A stretch of DNA of 64,000 nt, from NCBI GenBank assembly GCA_041671325.1, contig JBAZBR010000003.1, positions 68,506 through 132,505 on the forward strand, given 5' to 3'. Every line of letters begins with the position of its first letter. The stretch's first letter is position 1. Positions 1 to 10,203 of the stretch are shown piece after piece. A program made the translations under genes and the position numbers. Under the pieces are notes generated by a model. That model was not told the DNA's origin. It was given only the letters and a program-made list of their open reading frames with translations, and searched no databases. This DNA comes from Patescibacteria group bacterium. Its GTDB lineage: Bacteria > Patescibacteriota > Patescibacteriia > PEXW01.

Positions 1-462
1 ACTATTATCATTCGGCAGGTGGGAGTGGCTTTTCCGAACGGCAATCCGTTTTACGTCCGGCAGTTCCAGCAGCAAGTTTATGCCATCCAGCAAAGTTTTG
101 AATTGCTGGCTGGTATTCACGGCAAGCTCAAACACAGAAGCGCTTTAATTACCGACCGCGGTTCAATGGATAACTCGGCATATTTACCGGGCGGAATCCG
201 GGAGTACCAAAGGGTTTGCCACACCAAGGCCAGCTTTGAATTAGCCAGGTATGCCAGGGTTATCCATCTTGGTATGCCGCCTCGGGACGTATACGAAGAA
301 CATAAGCAGAAAAATCCGGCACGAACCGAGATTTATGAGCAAGCCTGTGAACTTCATGCAAAAATCGCCACTGCTTGGTTAGGGCATCCCAATTACGTTT
401 TGGTTGATGAGCAGGCTTGGGATTCCAAGATTCAAGTGGTCAGGAATATTCTGACACAATAA
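1..462 (+). CDS. 5'-truncated P-loop ATPase/kinase-like protein (AAA_28/NadR-kinase-like), C-terminal part
   Basis: Frame open from window start; LITDRGSMDNSAY motif and a Y-x-x-VIHL strand typical of NMP-kinase-like AAA_28 proteins. Confidence 0.55.
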   Translation, partial: TIIIRQVGVAFPNGNPFYVRQFQQQVYAIQQSFELLAGIHGKLKHRSALITDRGSMDNSAYLPGGIREYQRVCHTKASFELARYARVIHLGMPPRDVYEEHKQKNPARTEIYEQACELHAKIATAWLGHPNYVLVDEQAWDSKIQVVRNILTQ

Positions 463-525
463 AAAATGCAAATTTGAAAACACCCTAATTTGGATGATTG
501 GGGTGTTTTTGTTTTAATTAACCTT

Positions 526-1419
526 TCAGGTTTCACTGACCACGGCTAAAGTAATTGCCGCAACTAGCGTAATTATTATGCCCGCATATTGATGGCGTTG
601 CAGACGTTCTTTATTGATGATGATACCCAAAAGAGCGGCTAGGGCAATATAGCTTTCGGTTATAGCTATAGTAATTGAAATAGGGATAACCAAAACTGCC
701 GTAGCATAGGCGACCCAGGCCAGGTTATCAAATATCCCTTGGATGACAATTGGCCGCCAATGTTTTTTCGCATGCAGAAAAGACGTTCGCACTTCTTTTC
801 TGATAATCATCCAGAGTAAGCATAATATGGCCAAAGCCGTGTGGATTCCCCAGATTGCTAGTAAAGGTTTTGAGTGCTGGCTTAAAATTCCAGTAAAAAC
901 ATTTGTCATTGCTGATAAAACCGTAGCAATTCCAGCTAATATTACTCCACGTTCAAGTAAAGGCTGTTTACGCAAAAAATGCCACCAGCGTCTGGGCTCA
1001 TGGTGAATAACCGTGATGATTAAGCCGATAAAAATGATTATCGCGAGTAACAATTGAAATGAGGTGATTTTTTCGCCAACAATAATAATGCCAATAGCAA
1101 TGGTAATTGGCAGTTCAAAGCTCATTACCGGTTCAATGACTGAAAGTTTTCCGAGACCCAGAGACTTAAAAAGAAAAATTGAATAGACAAAGGTGACTAT
1201 TCCAGTAAATCCAAAAAGCATAACCAGATTGCTTTGCCTGAAGAAAAGCGAAATATCTGACCAGACAAAAGGCAACAAACCAAATAATCCGAACGTGCCA
1301 ATAAAAAATAATGCCGGTACAGCGCCGACCGCCCGGACTGAACGCTGGATAGCAAAGTCGCCAAATCCCCAGGCTAAAAATGCGATAAATGCGGCAAGCA
1401 GGCCAGCTAAGGGTGACAT
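526..1419 (-). CDS. DMT/EamA family transporter
   Basis: 297 aa, about 10 TM helices in two repeats, N-terminal AWG motif. Confidence 0.85.
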   Translation of the reverse strand: MSPLAGLLAAFIAFLAWGFGDFAIQRSVRAVGAVPALFFIGTFGLFGLLPFVWSDISLFFRQSNLVMLFGFTGIVTFVYSIFLFKSLGLGKLSVIEPVMSFELPITIAIGIIIVGEKITSFQLLLAIIIFIGLIITVIHHEPRRWWHFLRKQPLLERGVILAGIATVLSAMTNVFTGILSQHSKPLLAIWGIHTALAILCLLWMIIRKEVRTSFLHAKKHWRPIVIQGIFDNLAWVAYATAVLVIPISITIAITESYIALAALLGIIINKERLQRHQYAGIIITLVAAITLAVVSET

Positions 1420-1453
1420 ATATGGATGAAGTATATCACCTGGTTATATAATA

Positions 1454-2740
1454 TTAGGAAACTGAAACCTGTTTTTCTAACCAGCTAATAACTTTTTTAT
1501 TAGTCAGCACCATTTTCAAATAATCCTTGTAATCTTCGGATTGTAATTGTTTCAAGACTTCAGGCTGGTTTGAGTAACGCAAGCTTTCTGCGGAGATTTC
1601 CCTTTCCATTTCTGAGTCGCTGGCATTGAGGTTTTCTTTATCAGCCAAAGTCCTCAAAACCAAAGCCACCTTGACCCGAGTTTCAGCCTTGGGCACAAAT
1701 TCCTTTTTCAGGTCGTCTTTGGATTTCTTGATGCTGGAAAGATAGTCTTCAAACTTGCCGCCATCTTGGCCAATGGCATGTTCCAATTCATGGAGCATTT
1801 TGTCAGCTTCTGCTTCAATTAAAATTTCTGGCAATTCACCAATGGTGCATTTGGTTAAAACTGCTTCCAGCATGGCTTGTTCGAATTTTTGCTGGGTTTT
1901 GATTTTGGCTTCTTGATGCAGGTTTTCTTGGATCTTGGCGCGCAAGTCTTCCATAGATTCAAACTTGCCTAATTTTTTTGCAAAATCATTGTCTAAAGCG
2001 GGCAAACTGACATCATATACCGCTTTTAGCGTGACCTTAAAATCTGCTTGCTTGTTTTGCAAATCTTTTTTGCCATAATCCTTGGGGAATGTCAGTTTGA
2101 ATTCCTTAACTTCATTTTCTTTCATGCCAATGATTTGCTCTTCAAAACCCGGAATAAAAACCTTTTCACCGATGGTTAAGGGATAATTTTGGCCTTTACC
2201 GCCATCCAAAGGCACATTATCCAAATAAACGTTAAAATCCACATCCGCCCGGTCACCAGTCTTGGCTGGCCGGTTAGCGCGCGCTTCAGCACTGTGCATT
2301 TTTTGCAAACCCTTGAGAGTTTCTTCAACTTTTTCCGGGTCAATGACTGCTGGTTTTTTCTCAACCTTAACAGAAGCAATATTGCCAATTTCTATGCTGG
2401 GCAAGATGGCGACTTGGGCCGTATAAACAAAGGGATTGCCCTCAGCCAGTTTTTCCAAAGAGATTTTTGGCGAACCCAAAGACTTGATTTGCTTTTCCTG
2501 GATGGCCTGGAAAAAAGAATCTTGCACTGCCATTTCCGCGGCTTCTTCCAAAAGCCCTTTGGAGCCGATTTTTTTCTCCACAATGTCCCGGGGCGCTTTG
2601 CCCGGCCTAAAGCCGGGAATTTTTATTTCTTCAGCCAGATGGTTGACGGCTTTGGTAATATACTTGGAAAATTCTTCAGGCGAGAGTTCGATTTTCAATT
2701 CAAGCAGGCTTTTGGGTTTTGGTTCAGAACTTATTTGCAT
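1454..2740 (-). CDS. tig: Trigger factor
   Basis: IPGFRPGKAP ribosome-binding motif; FKBP domain (FIPGFEEQIIG). Confidence 0.98.
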   Translation of the reverse strand: MQISSEPKPKSLLELKIELSPEEFSKYITKAVNHLAEEIKIPGFRPGKAPRDIVEKKIGSKGLLEEAAEMAVQDSFFQAIQEKQIKSLGSPKISLEKLAEGNPFVYTAQVAILPSIEIGNIASVKVEKKPAVIDPEKVEETLKGLQKMHSAEARANRPAKTGDRADVDFNVYLDNVPLDGGKGQNYPLTIGEKVFIPGFEEQIIGMKENEVKEFKLTFPKDYGKKDLQNKQADFKVTLKAVYDVSLPALDNDFAKKLGKFESMEDLRAKIQENLHQEAKIKTQQKFEQAMLEAVLTKCTIGELPEILIEAEADKMLHELEHAIGQDGGKFEDYLSSIKKSKDDLKKEFVPKAETRVKVALVLRTLADKENLNASDSEMEREISAESLRYSNQPEVLKQLQSEDYKDYLKMVLTNKKVISWLEKQVSVS

Positions 2741-2864
2741 AAAATATCTTTAAGGTTAGATTTTTACCCTAACTTAATTTTTGGGATTGGTCAATAATTT
2801 AGATACTCATCGGGCAATAAAATAGGGCCGAAACTTTTAGTTTCGGCCCTGTAATGTGAGCACT

Positions 2865-3338
2865 TCAGGTGCGGATCAGTGCGGACTTTTGTTTTTCAAG
2901 CGCCTTTTTCCAGGCCAGATTATTGAAGTCGTGCGTGTTCCAATAATCTTGACGGCTTCGGCTTTCTGACACTCGGATTCCGTACCACCAATAGAATTGG
3001 CACAGCAAATATGTAAACTGCGCCATACCCGCAGAAAGGGCGCTGGGTTTTTTACTGATGAAAGTTTCGTTATACGCGCGCCAAGCTCGCCGGTTTTTAA
3101 TTGATTCAGGAATGAGTGCGTTAAGGCCCCCGAAGACGTATCGAATGACCAGGATGATGGCCACCATGATTTCTAGAAGCAAAGCATCACTCCAGGTCAT
3201 TTCATATCGATGGCCGAGTTTTAATTCCAGCATGACCAGGCAAACCACAACGTAAATTAAAACCGGGTAGCGCTTGTACTCATCAGTCCACATATTTGAC
3301 CAAATACTTTCGGTATTCAAAATGGATCGTTTTTTCAT
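2865..3338 (-). CDS. Hypothetical membrane protein (orphan)
   Basis: 157-aa ORF with own promoter, AAGGAG SD and terminator hairpin near 2824-2850. Confidence 0.7.
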   Translation of the reverse strand: MKKRSILNTESIWSNMWTDEYKRYPVLIYVVVCLVMLELKLGHRYEMTWSDALLLEIMVAIILVIRYVFGGLNALIPESIKNRRAWRAYNETFISKKPSALSAGMAQFTYLLCQFYWWYGIRVSESRSRQDYWNTHDFNNLAWKKALEKQKSALIRT

Positions 3339-3592
3339 TTAAAACGCTCCTTTTCGGGTTAATGGGTTAAATACCGATCATTTGAATCTTGTGTTTTCAA
3401 AGAAATGTTTATATTAAGTTAGCATAATCCAAAATAAAGTCAATACTTCACCCTAGCGCAAAAGCCGCTTAAATTATTGCTTGACAGCAAGAAGCTTATC
3501 AAGTATTTTGATTTGCGTAATTGTTACAAAGGTGGTAATTTTATTTAAACAAAAAAATCGAAAAAAGTTCATTTCTCAAAGACGGAGCATAT

Positions 3593-3874
3593 ATGCAGGA
3601 AAGTCTTTCGTTGACACAAAAGGCCAGGGTTTCATTGAGGTCCTATGCCAAGTTTGAGTCAATCGCGTTATTCGCATGCCGGTTAGCAATTGCGCTTTCC
3701 GTAGTAGCATTTTTTCTTTGTTTAGTATTCCCTAATATGCTGACGTTCCTTGGAGCATGCTTTATCGCGCTTGGGGCTGGTAGCTTCAAGATAATGAAAG
3801 ATTTATGTCGAAATATCCAAGAGCAAATAAGACAAGCCATGGTTGATCAACTTACAGGGAAAGGAGTGCTTTAG
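3593..3874 (+). CDS. Hypothetical 2-TM protein
   Basis: GGAG SD, TTGACA at 3481, downstream hairpin. Confidence 0.65.
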   Translation: MQESLSLTQKARVSLRSYAKFESIALFACRLAIALSVVAFFLCLVFPNMLTFLGACFIALGAGSFKIMKDLCRNIQEQIRQAMVDQLTGKGVL

Positions 3875-4134
3875 GGGATTCTCTGTTTTGCCAAATTTAT
3901 TTCTCAAGCGGGCTGATTCACAAATTAGCCCGTTTTAGTTATGTTTAAATTTGTTTTAATAAGTTATCTAATCACTAAATACCCTTGCAAGTGAACAAAG
4001 TCGCGTTTTAATTTTAAATTTGGTCAATCTTTTCAATTGAATCTAATCGGTTATGAAAAGTGCACGATTTGACAGATGTATTAAATGAATTTAGAGTCAA
4101 GCTAAACAAGTGATCTTTTAAAAAAGGAATATAT

Positions 4135-4641
4135 ATGCAACCCGAGATAATGACAGTTTGTTATCCCATAAACGGCGCGCAAATAATACTTGGTTACAAA
4201 AAGGTCCGTTTAGGCGCTGGTTTGTATAATGGTTTTGGTGGCCGACTGGAAGTGGACGAAAAAATTGACACAACGGCTGCCAGAGAATTTACCGAAGAAA
4301 GCGGATTGAAAGCTGAGGAAATTGAAAAAATCGGGATCACACTCATTACTTATGAATCTGGTGAAAGGCCTATCCAACTTCATCTGTATTTAGTCTCAAA
4401 ATTTTTTGGAGAGCTGAAAGTGACAGATGAGATGGATCCAAAACAATTCCCCTTGACTGAAATTCCTTATGAGCAGATGTGGCAGAATGAGAAATTTTGT
4501 TTACCACTGATAATCCAACGGCAATATTTTGTTGGGCATTTCCATTACGACAGCAAAGCCAGTCGAAAGATGTTAACTAACAAAATTATTGCTCTGGACC
4601 ATGCTCCTATACCGGAAGACCTGAATTTTATAACTCGCTGA
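4135..4641 (+). CDS. NUDIX hydrolase, 8-oxo-dGTP diphosphatase (MTH1/MutT-like)
   Basis: Nudix box GGRLEVDEKIDTTAAREFTEESG; YNGFGG and IPYEQMW motifs as in MTH1-like enzymes. Confidence 0.9.
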   Translation: MQPEIMTVCYPINGAQIILGYKKVRLGAGLYNGFGGRLEVDEKIDTTAAREFTEESGLKAEEIEKIGITLITYESGERPIQLHLYLVSKFFGELKVTDEMDPKQFPLTEIPYEQMWQNEKFCLPLIIQRQYFVGHFHYDSKASRKMLTNKIIALDHAPIPEDLNFITR

Positions 4642-4735
4642 TTTTTTAGATCAGCGGGTTTTTATTATTGTTAATCATTAAGAAAAGACAGGCGTTTGAG
4701 ACCTGTCTTTTTGAAATTGCATATTAGTAATCTTG

Positions 4736-5296
4736 CTAGAAATTGGACTCAGTGCCCCCTGGCTTTTTGGCCTTGTCAGCGCCGAAAAAGTGTTCAAAGA
4801 CGTTCCGCTGTGTAGCGTCGTGCTTGTAGAATAAATACCAAGGCCGGATCCGGTTGACCAAATCTTCCCATGAGGCATTTTTGGCCAGCAGGGAGTCGCG
4901 CTCAGCGCGGGTGGCTTTATGCGCAGCCTCTTCTTTGACCAATTTTTCTTGGACTACGGGCAACATTACATTGGCCGGCATAAGTTCGTCGACCTTATCC
5001 TTAAGACTGTCGATTTTGGCCTCTTGTTTGGCAAGTTGGGCCTTCAATGATTTGGCCAGTTTTTGGCTGGCTTCGTTTTTCTGCATCAAGGTATCATAGG
5101 CCGACTGCAGGGCAAAGATTTTACCTCGGTAATCTTCCGTGCTTTGTTTCAGGGCAGCCACGTCACCTGTCAGCTTGTCGTTATCCGCTTTTTGGGTACT
5201 GACCGTGGCTTTAAGGTCAACCTTTTCCTGGTCAGTGCAACCAATGGCCCAAAGCAATGATAGGGCCAGGAAGATAGCAACGATATACCGGAACAT
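4736..5296 (-). CDS. Putative lipoprotein with long coiled coil
   Basis: Signal peptide ending AIG-C, then heptad-rich helix. Confidence 0.7.
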   Translation of the reverse strand: MFRYIVAIFLALSLLWAIGCTDQEKVDLKATVSTQKADNDKLTGDVAALKQSTEDYRGKIFALQSAYDTLMQKNEASQKLAKSLKAQLAKQEAKIDSLKDKVDELMPANVMLPVVQEKLVKEEAAHKATRAERDSLLAKNASWEDLVNRIRPWYLFYKHDATQRNVFEHFFGADKAKKPGGTESNF

Positions 5297-5408
5297 ATTT
5301 TTGCTCCTTTCCGGTTTTTTTAAGGGGTTTATTGGTAAAGGACTTATTTTTAATTAGTTAAAAAGCCTAACATTATTTAGAAAAATGTCAAAGTTTTAAA
5401 TTTTATAA

Positions 5409-6860
5409 TTAGGTTTTAGGTCTTTTATCGACAATCCGTTTTTCCTTCAATTCACTTTCCATGCCAATCATCTGCAGGACCTCCTGCAGTTTTTTTTGCA
5501 CGATTATTGGAGTAATGCCAGTTTCGGATAAAATTCTTCGGTTTACATCCCTGGACAATTCATCAAAATTTACATTTGGCTTTGGGGCAAGGTATAAAAT
5601 CATTTCGTCAACTTCATAGGGGTCATTATTAACCTTGCCAATTTCCAGTTGCCATTCATCCAGATCCTTAATGCCGGAAAGGACAGGATAAAACGAATTA
5701 AGGTTAATTAATTCGCCTTTGACTTTAGTCAAGTGGAATTCTTTGATATCGGATTTCCTTTGGATATCCCGGGAAATTTGGGGCACATTGCGGCCGCAAT
5801 GCGGGCAAGGCTGCCAAGTTAAGCCTTGGATCATATCGCCAGTTTTGTACCTGACCATGACTGTGCCGCGCCAATTCAAGCTAGTGTACACCAGTTCACC
5901 TGGCGTGCCTTCGGGCACCTGATTGCCTTTTTCATCAACCACTTCAAAAATTTCCATATCTGGGTAAGTGTGGTAACCACTTTCTTCACTGCATTGCGAC
6001 CAAGCGGTCTTGCCTTCAGTCATGGCATAAGTGGCCAGGATTTTGGTTTCATAAGCACCAACCTCTTTAAGTAGTTCTTTGACTTTCCCCCGCAAGCCTT
6101 CACTGACCCTTTCTCCGCCAAAAACTACGAATTCCAAACCTGACCAATTCCGTTTTTGAGCCACGGCTTCACGCAAAATATGGTAAAAATATCCGGGAAT
6201 GGAAGTCACGACCTTGGCTTTTAAGGTTTCAATGGCGTCAATGATTTTAGGCGTACCTAGAATCTTGCCGCCACCAGATTGTAAAGTGGTCAGTTGCAAG
6301 GAGGAAGTGGCGAAATAAGTTAGCCAAAAAGCCAAATGCGGGGCATAGGGAAAGGCATTAACTACTACGGCGTCATTGGGGATGCCTAGGGTCTGGAAAA
6401 GCCTTTGCGCGGTTTCCTTGATGGTGTCCAAATCTTTAGTAGTATAACCCACGGCTGTAGGCAAGGCAGTCCGGCCAGTGGTGAAATGCAAATGGACGGG
6501 CTTGTATTCCCATTCCAGTTTTCTTTTGAAGTCCAAACCCGCCAGTTTTTGGAAAAGTATTTTGATCAATTTTGATTTGGGTGCGTATTTTTTCAGCAAG
6601 GCTTCATCAGGTTGCAGGATGAATCGGCGGGATTTGCCTGGGTCTTCAGCCGTAGGCGCCAGGTCAATTTTGGAAGTAAAAGGGATTTTTTGCAAATCAG
6701 CAATGGTTTTGATGTCAGTGAATTTTAAATTATGTTTTTCAAATAGTTCGCGGAAAAACGGCGAATAAGGCAGTTCATGGTGGAAAAACCTTTTGAGGTT
6801 TTTATTTTGGAGACTGAGTATTTCGGTTTTGTTCAAGTGGGAAAGGGTAAGCCAGTCCAT
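5409..6860 (-). CDS. Phenylacetate-CoA ligase (PaaK)-like AMP-forming ligase
   Basis: IPFTSK, TTGRT loop, YAMTEG, GELVYT and RYKTGD motifs. Confidence 0.88.
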   Translation of the reverse strand: MDWLTLSHLNKTEILSLQNKNLKRFFHHELPYSPFFRELFEKHNLKFTDIKTIADLQKIPFTSKIDLAPTAEDPGKSRRFILQPDEALLKKYAPKSKLIKILFQKLAGLDFKRKLEWEYKPVHLHFTTGRTALPTAVGYTTKDLDTIKETAQRLFQTLGIPNDAVVVNAFPYAPHLAFWLTYFATSSLQLTTLQSGGGKILGTPKIIDAIETLKAKVVTSIPGYFYHILREAVAQKRNWSGLEFVVFGGERVSEGLRGKVKELLKEVGAYETKILATYAMTEGKTAWSQCSEESGYHTYPDMEIFEVVDEKGNQVPEGTPGELVYTSLNWRGTVMVRYKTGDMIQGLTWQPCPHCGRNVPQISRDIQRKSDIKEFHLTKVKGELINLNSFYPVLSGIKDLDEWQLEIGKVNNDPYEVDEMILYLAPKPNVNFDELSRDVNRRILSETGITPIIVQKKLQEVLQMIGMESELKEKRIVDKRPKT

Positions 6861-6872
6861 TTTTTTAAATAA

Positions 6873-7508
6873 TTAATAAGGCGAGGGGCGATTAGCCAAT
6901 TGGCCGATCATTGCCATAATCTCACGGGTAGTCTTAACAAGCAAGTCTTTGGTGATTTGCTCTAGGGGGATTTTAGGGAAATGCATTGGCTTGCCAATTC
7001 GTAAAAGCATGTCCTTTTTGAACATTAAACTGGCATATAAGCCTTGGTTAAAGGTCCAAGTTGCGGGCCCGTCAAAACCAAAAGGGACGACTGGAGTCCC
7101 TGTCCAATGGGCTAGCCTAGCAACCCCGGTTTTTCCGGGCATTAAAAATGGGGCAGAATTTCTCATGCCTTCTGGAAAAATTGCAACTGGATTACCATAA
7201 TCCAGTTCTTGTTTTAGGAATTTTAGACTATCTCCAGGATCGCGTTCGTCTTTACCAATCACACCCAACCAGTCAAAAGCCAGTTTTTTACCAAAAAATT
7301 TTACAACCTTGTCAAAAGACAGAAAAACCAAAGGCCTTTTAATCTGTGAGTAGACTGCGCCCATGATAAAAATCGGGTCGGGTGAGCCAATGTGGTTGCC
7401 TGCCAAAATAAAAGGTCCGGATTTCGGTAAATTTTCCAAACCGGAAATTTCCTTAAACCTTTTTAGGCCGAGCCTTAAAAACCACCTTAAGCCAATGTAC
7501 CTTTTCAT
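6873..7508 (-). CDS. PlsC-family lysophospholipid acyltransferase
   Basis: NHxxxxD (NHIGSPD) and IFPEG motifs. Confidence 0.92.
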   Translation of the reverse strand: MKRYIGLRWFLRLGLKRFKEISGLENLPKSGPFILAGNHIGSPDPIFIMGAVYSQIKRPLVFLSFDKVVKFFGKKLAFDWLGVIGKDERDPGDSLKFLKQELDYGNPVAIFPEGMRNSAPFLMPGKTGVARLAHWTGTPVVPFGFDGPATWTFNQGLYASLMFKKDMLLRIGKPMHFPKIPLEQITKDLLVKTTREIMAMIGQLANRPSPY

Positions 7509-8134
7509 CCTATATAAATTTTATTGGCGAAATTGGCGATAGGCGCCATAATTGCCTGATTAACTTTTTTTAAGAGATTATTGTCAATAGTCAAATTATA
7601 CCAGGGCGAAAGGTCAAGAGGCTTGCCGATTTTAATCTGCACACGACCAAAAACCAAGTCCCTTCGGTGGTCTGCAGGTTTTTGGGGCGGGGGTGAGGTG
7701 CGGATTAAGCTGATGGGAATTACCGGTACTTTAGTCATTAAAGCTAATCTAGCTGCGCCGGTTTTAATTTTGCCAATTTGGTTGGAGGAATTTACACCGC
7801 CTTCAGGATAGATTAAGACTATTTCACCCCTATTTAATAAATTTTTAGCAGACTCAAAAGATCTTGAACGGTCTGGGTAAAGCGGGATTGTGCCCAGCCA
7901 ATTTTGGATTAATTGGGAATGGAAAATTTTCCATTTGGCAATCACGTGGATTTTCCGATTTTTAAAACAGCGCATCAAAGTGGTGATTAATAACTGCGGG
8001 TCTTGCAGGCCCACGTGGTTAGAAACCAGCAAAATCGGTCCGCGGGCGGGAATATTTTCCAAACCCTCCGCTGACGCAATTCGCCAGCGGAGGAAAATGG
8101 GGTAGATGATGTTTTTAATAAACCCGTAGGCCAT
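7505..8134 (-). CDS. PlsC-family lysophospholipid acyltransferase
   Basis: NHVGLQD and IYPEG motifs; 4-bp overlap with paralog. Confidence 0.92.
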   Translation of the reverse strand: MAYGFIKNIIYPIFLRWRIASAEGLENIPARGPILLVSNHVGLQDPQLLITTLMRCFKNRKIHVIAKWKIFHSQLIQNWLGTIPLYPDRSRSFESAKNLLNRGEIVLIYPEGGVNSSNQIGKIKTGAARLALMTKVPVIPISLIRTSPPPQKPADHRRDLVFGRVQIKIGKPLDLSPWYNLTIDNNLLKKVNQAIMAPIANFANKIYIG

Positions 8135-8163
8135 TTTTAAGTTTCAAGGCCAAAAAGGAGGCT

Positions 8164-10170
8164 TTACAGCTTTAAGTTTATCAGCAAACCAACGATCAAT
8201 AAAGCCACGATGTTGATAATTTTAATCATCGGGTTGATGGCTGGGCCAGCCGTATCTTTATAGGGATCGCCGACCGTATCGCCAGTCACCGCGGCTTTGT
8301 GGGCTTCTGAACCTTTGCCGCCAAAATTGCCAGCCTCGATATATTTTTTGGCATTGTCCCAGGCGGCGCCGCCAGAAGTCATGGAAATGGCTACGAACAA
8401 GCCGGTAATGATTGAACCAACTAGCATGCCGCCTAAAGCGATTGGGCCTAAGATCAAGCCAACTAAAATTGGGGCTAAAACTGGGATCAGGGCTGGTACA
8501 TACATGGCCCTGATCGCGCCTTTGGTCACAATATCAACAGCTCGGCCATAATTGGGCTTTTGCGTACCCTGCATAATACCCGGCATTTCCCGGAATTGCC
8601 GGCGAACTTCCTCAACCACATAACCCGCGACTTTGCCGACAGCTTGCATGGCTTTGGCGCCAAAAAAATACGGCAAGAGTCCGCCTATAATCAAACCAAT
8701 TAAAATATTTACATCATTTAAAGAAAAATCCAAAGCATAACCCCGGTCAGCAAATTCTTGGGTATAAGCCGAGAACAATACTATTGCAGCTAAACCCGCA
8801 GAGCCAATGGCATAGCCTTTAGTTACGGCTTTGGTGGTATTACCCACGGCATCCAAAGGATCAGTCACATCCCTGACTTCTTTTGGCAACCCAGCCATTT
8901 CCGCAATACCGCCGGCATTGTCAGTGATGGGGCCAAAAGCATCAATAGTCACGATAATGCCAGTCAAAGACAACATGGCCATGGCGGCAATGGCTACGCC
9001 ATAAAGCTCAGCTAAAGAATAAGCGCCCCAAATGCCTGCGGCAATAACCAAAACTGGCAGGACGGTGGCTTTCATACCCACGGCCAAGCCGGTAATTATA
9101 TTGGTGCCATGACCGGTTCGGGAAGCTTCAGCAATAGACCTGACCGGGCGGTATTTAGTGGAAGTGAAATATTCGGTGATGACCACGATAGCAGCAGTCA
9201 CAGTCAAGCCAATTAAGCTAGAAAGGTAAATATTCATGACGCTGTACATGCCATTATCTTTCATTAACCAAGAAGTGATGGGATAAAAGAATATGGCTGC
9301 AATCACGCCAGAAGCAATCAAGCCTTTGTACAAGGCGCCCATAATTTTTTGCTTTTTACCCAACCGCACGAAAAAGGTACCCAAGATGGAAGCGACAATT
9401 GAAATAGCGCCTAAAGCCAGGGGGAATAAAACTGGTTTCTCATCACCGGAAAACATTAGAAAGCCCAAGAGCATGGCGGCAACGGCCGTGACGGCATAAG
9501 TCTCGAATAAATCCGCGGCCATGCCTGCATCATCACCGACATTATCCCCCACATTATCGGCAATTACCGCTGGGTTTCTGGGATCGTCCTCAGGAATGCC
9601 AACTTCAATTTTACCGACTAAATCAGCCCCCACATCCGCGGCTTTGGTGAAAATCCCGCCGCCCAGACGGGCAAAGATAGAAATTAAGGAACCCCCAAAG
9701 CCCAGGCCGATTAAAGCTTTAACGTCTTTGGTCAGCCAGTAAAATCCCGCCACCCCAAGCAAACCCAAACCCACGACCAATAAGCCGGTAACGGCGCCGC
9801 CGCGGACTGCGACTTTTAAGGCGCTGGCTAAGCCAGTCTTGGCCGCTTCGGCTGTGCGGACATTAGCTCTAACTGCAATGTTCATGCCTATATAACCGGC
9901 CAGGGCGGAAAAAACCGCGCCTACTAAAAAGCCAAAAGCCGTGTTGTGGTTGATTAAGAAGAAAATTATTACAAACAAAACAATAGCAATCCAGGCCACA
10001 GTTTTGGTCTGCCGGTTTAAATATGCCTTGGCCCCGTCTTGGATGGCTTTAGCAATTTCTTTCATTTTATCCGAGCCTTGGGGCAAACCTAAAATCCATT
10101 TAGCCAAGCCCAAGCCAACCAAAATGGCAAGGGTTGCCGCAATGATTGATATCAGTAAAATTTGCGTCAT
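8164..10170 (-). CDS. hppA: Membrane-integral pyrophosphatase, K+-independent signature
   Basis: [26 protein letters not shown] and [10 protein letters not shown] motifs. Confidence 0.97.
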   Translation of the reverse strand: MTQILLISIIAATLAILVGLGLAKWILGLPQGSDKMKEIAKAIQDGAKAYLNRQTKTVAWIAIVLFVIIFFLINHNTAFGFLVGAVFSALAGYIGMNIAVRANVRTAEAAKTGLASALKVAVRGGAVTGLLVVGLGLLGVAGFYWLTKDVKALIGLGFGGSLISIFARLGGGIFTKAADVGADLVGKIEVGIPEDDPRNPAVIADNVGDNVGDDAGMAADLFETYAVTAVAAMLLGFLMFSGDEKPVLFPLALGAISIVASILGTFFVRLGKKQKIMGALYKGLIASGVIAAIFFYPITSWLMKDNGMYSVMNIYLSSLIGLTVTAAIVVITEYFTSTKYRPVRSIAEASRTGHGTNIITGLAVGMKATVLPVLVIAAGIWGAYSLAELYGVAIAAMAMLSLTGIIVTIDAFGPITDNAGGIAEMAGLPKEVRDVTDPLDAVGNTTKAVTKGYAIGSAGLAAIVLFSAYTQEFADRGYALDFSLNDVNILIGLIIGGLLPYFFGAKAMQAVGKVAGYVVEEVRRQFREMPGIMQGTQKPNYGRAVDIVTKGAIRAMYVPALIPVLAPILVGLILGPIALGGMLVGSIITGLFVAISMTSGGAAWDNAKKYIEAGNFGGKGSEAHKAAVTGDTVGDPYKDTAGPAINPMIKIINIVALLIVGLLINLKL

Positions 10171-10203
10171 ATTGCTATGAGTTAATTAATAAAGATTGAA
10201 ATA

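Noticed and set aside
3930-3960. TTATGTTTAAAT resembling a dif XerD arm
   Set aside because: Imperfect, with no matching XerC arm, in an AT-rich context
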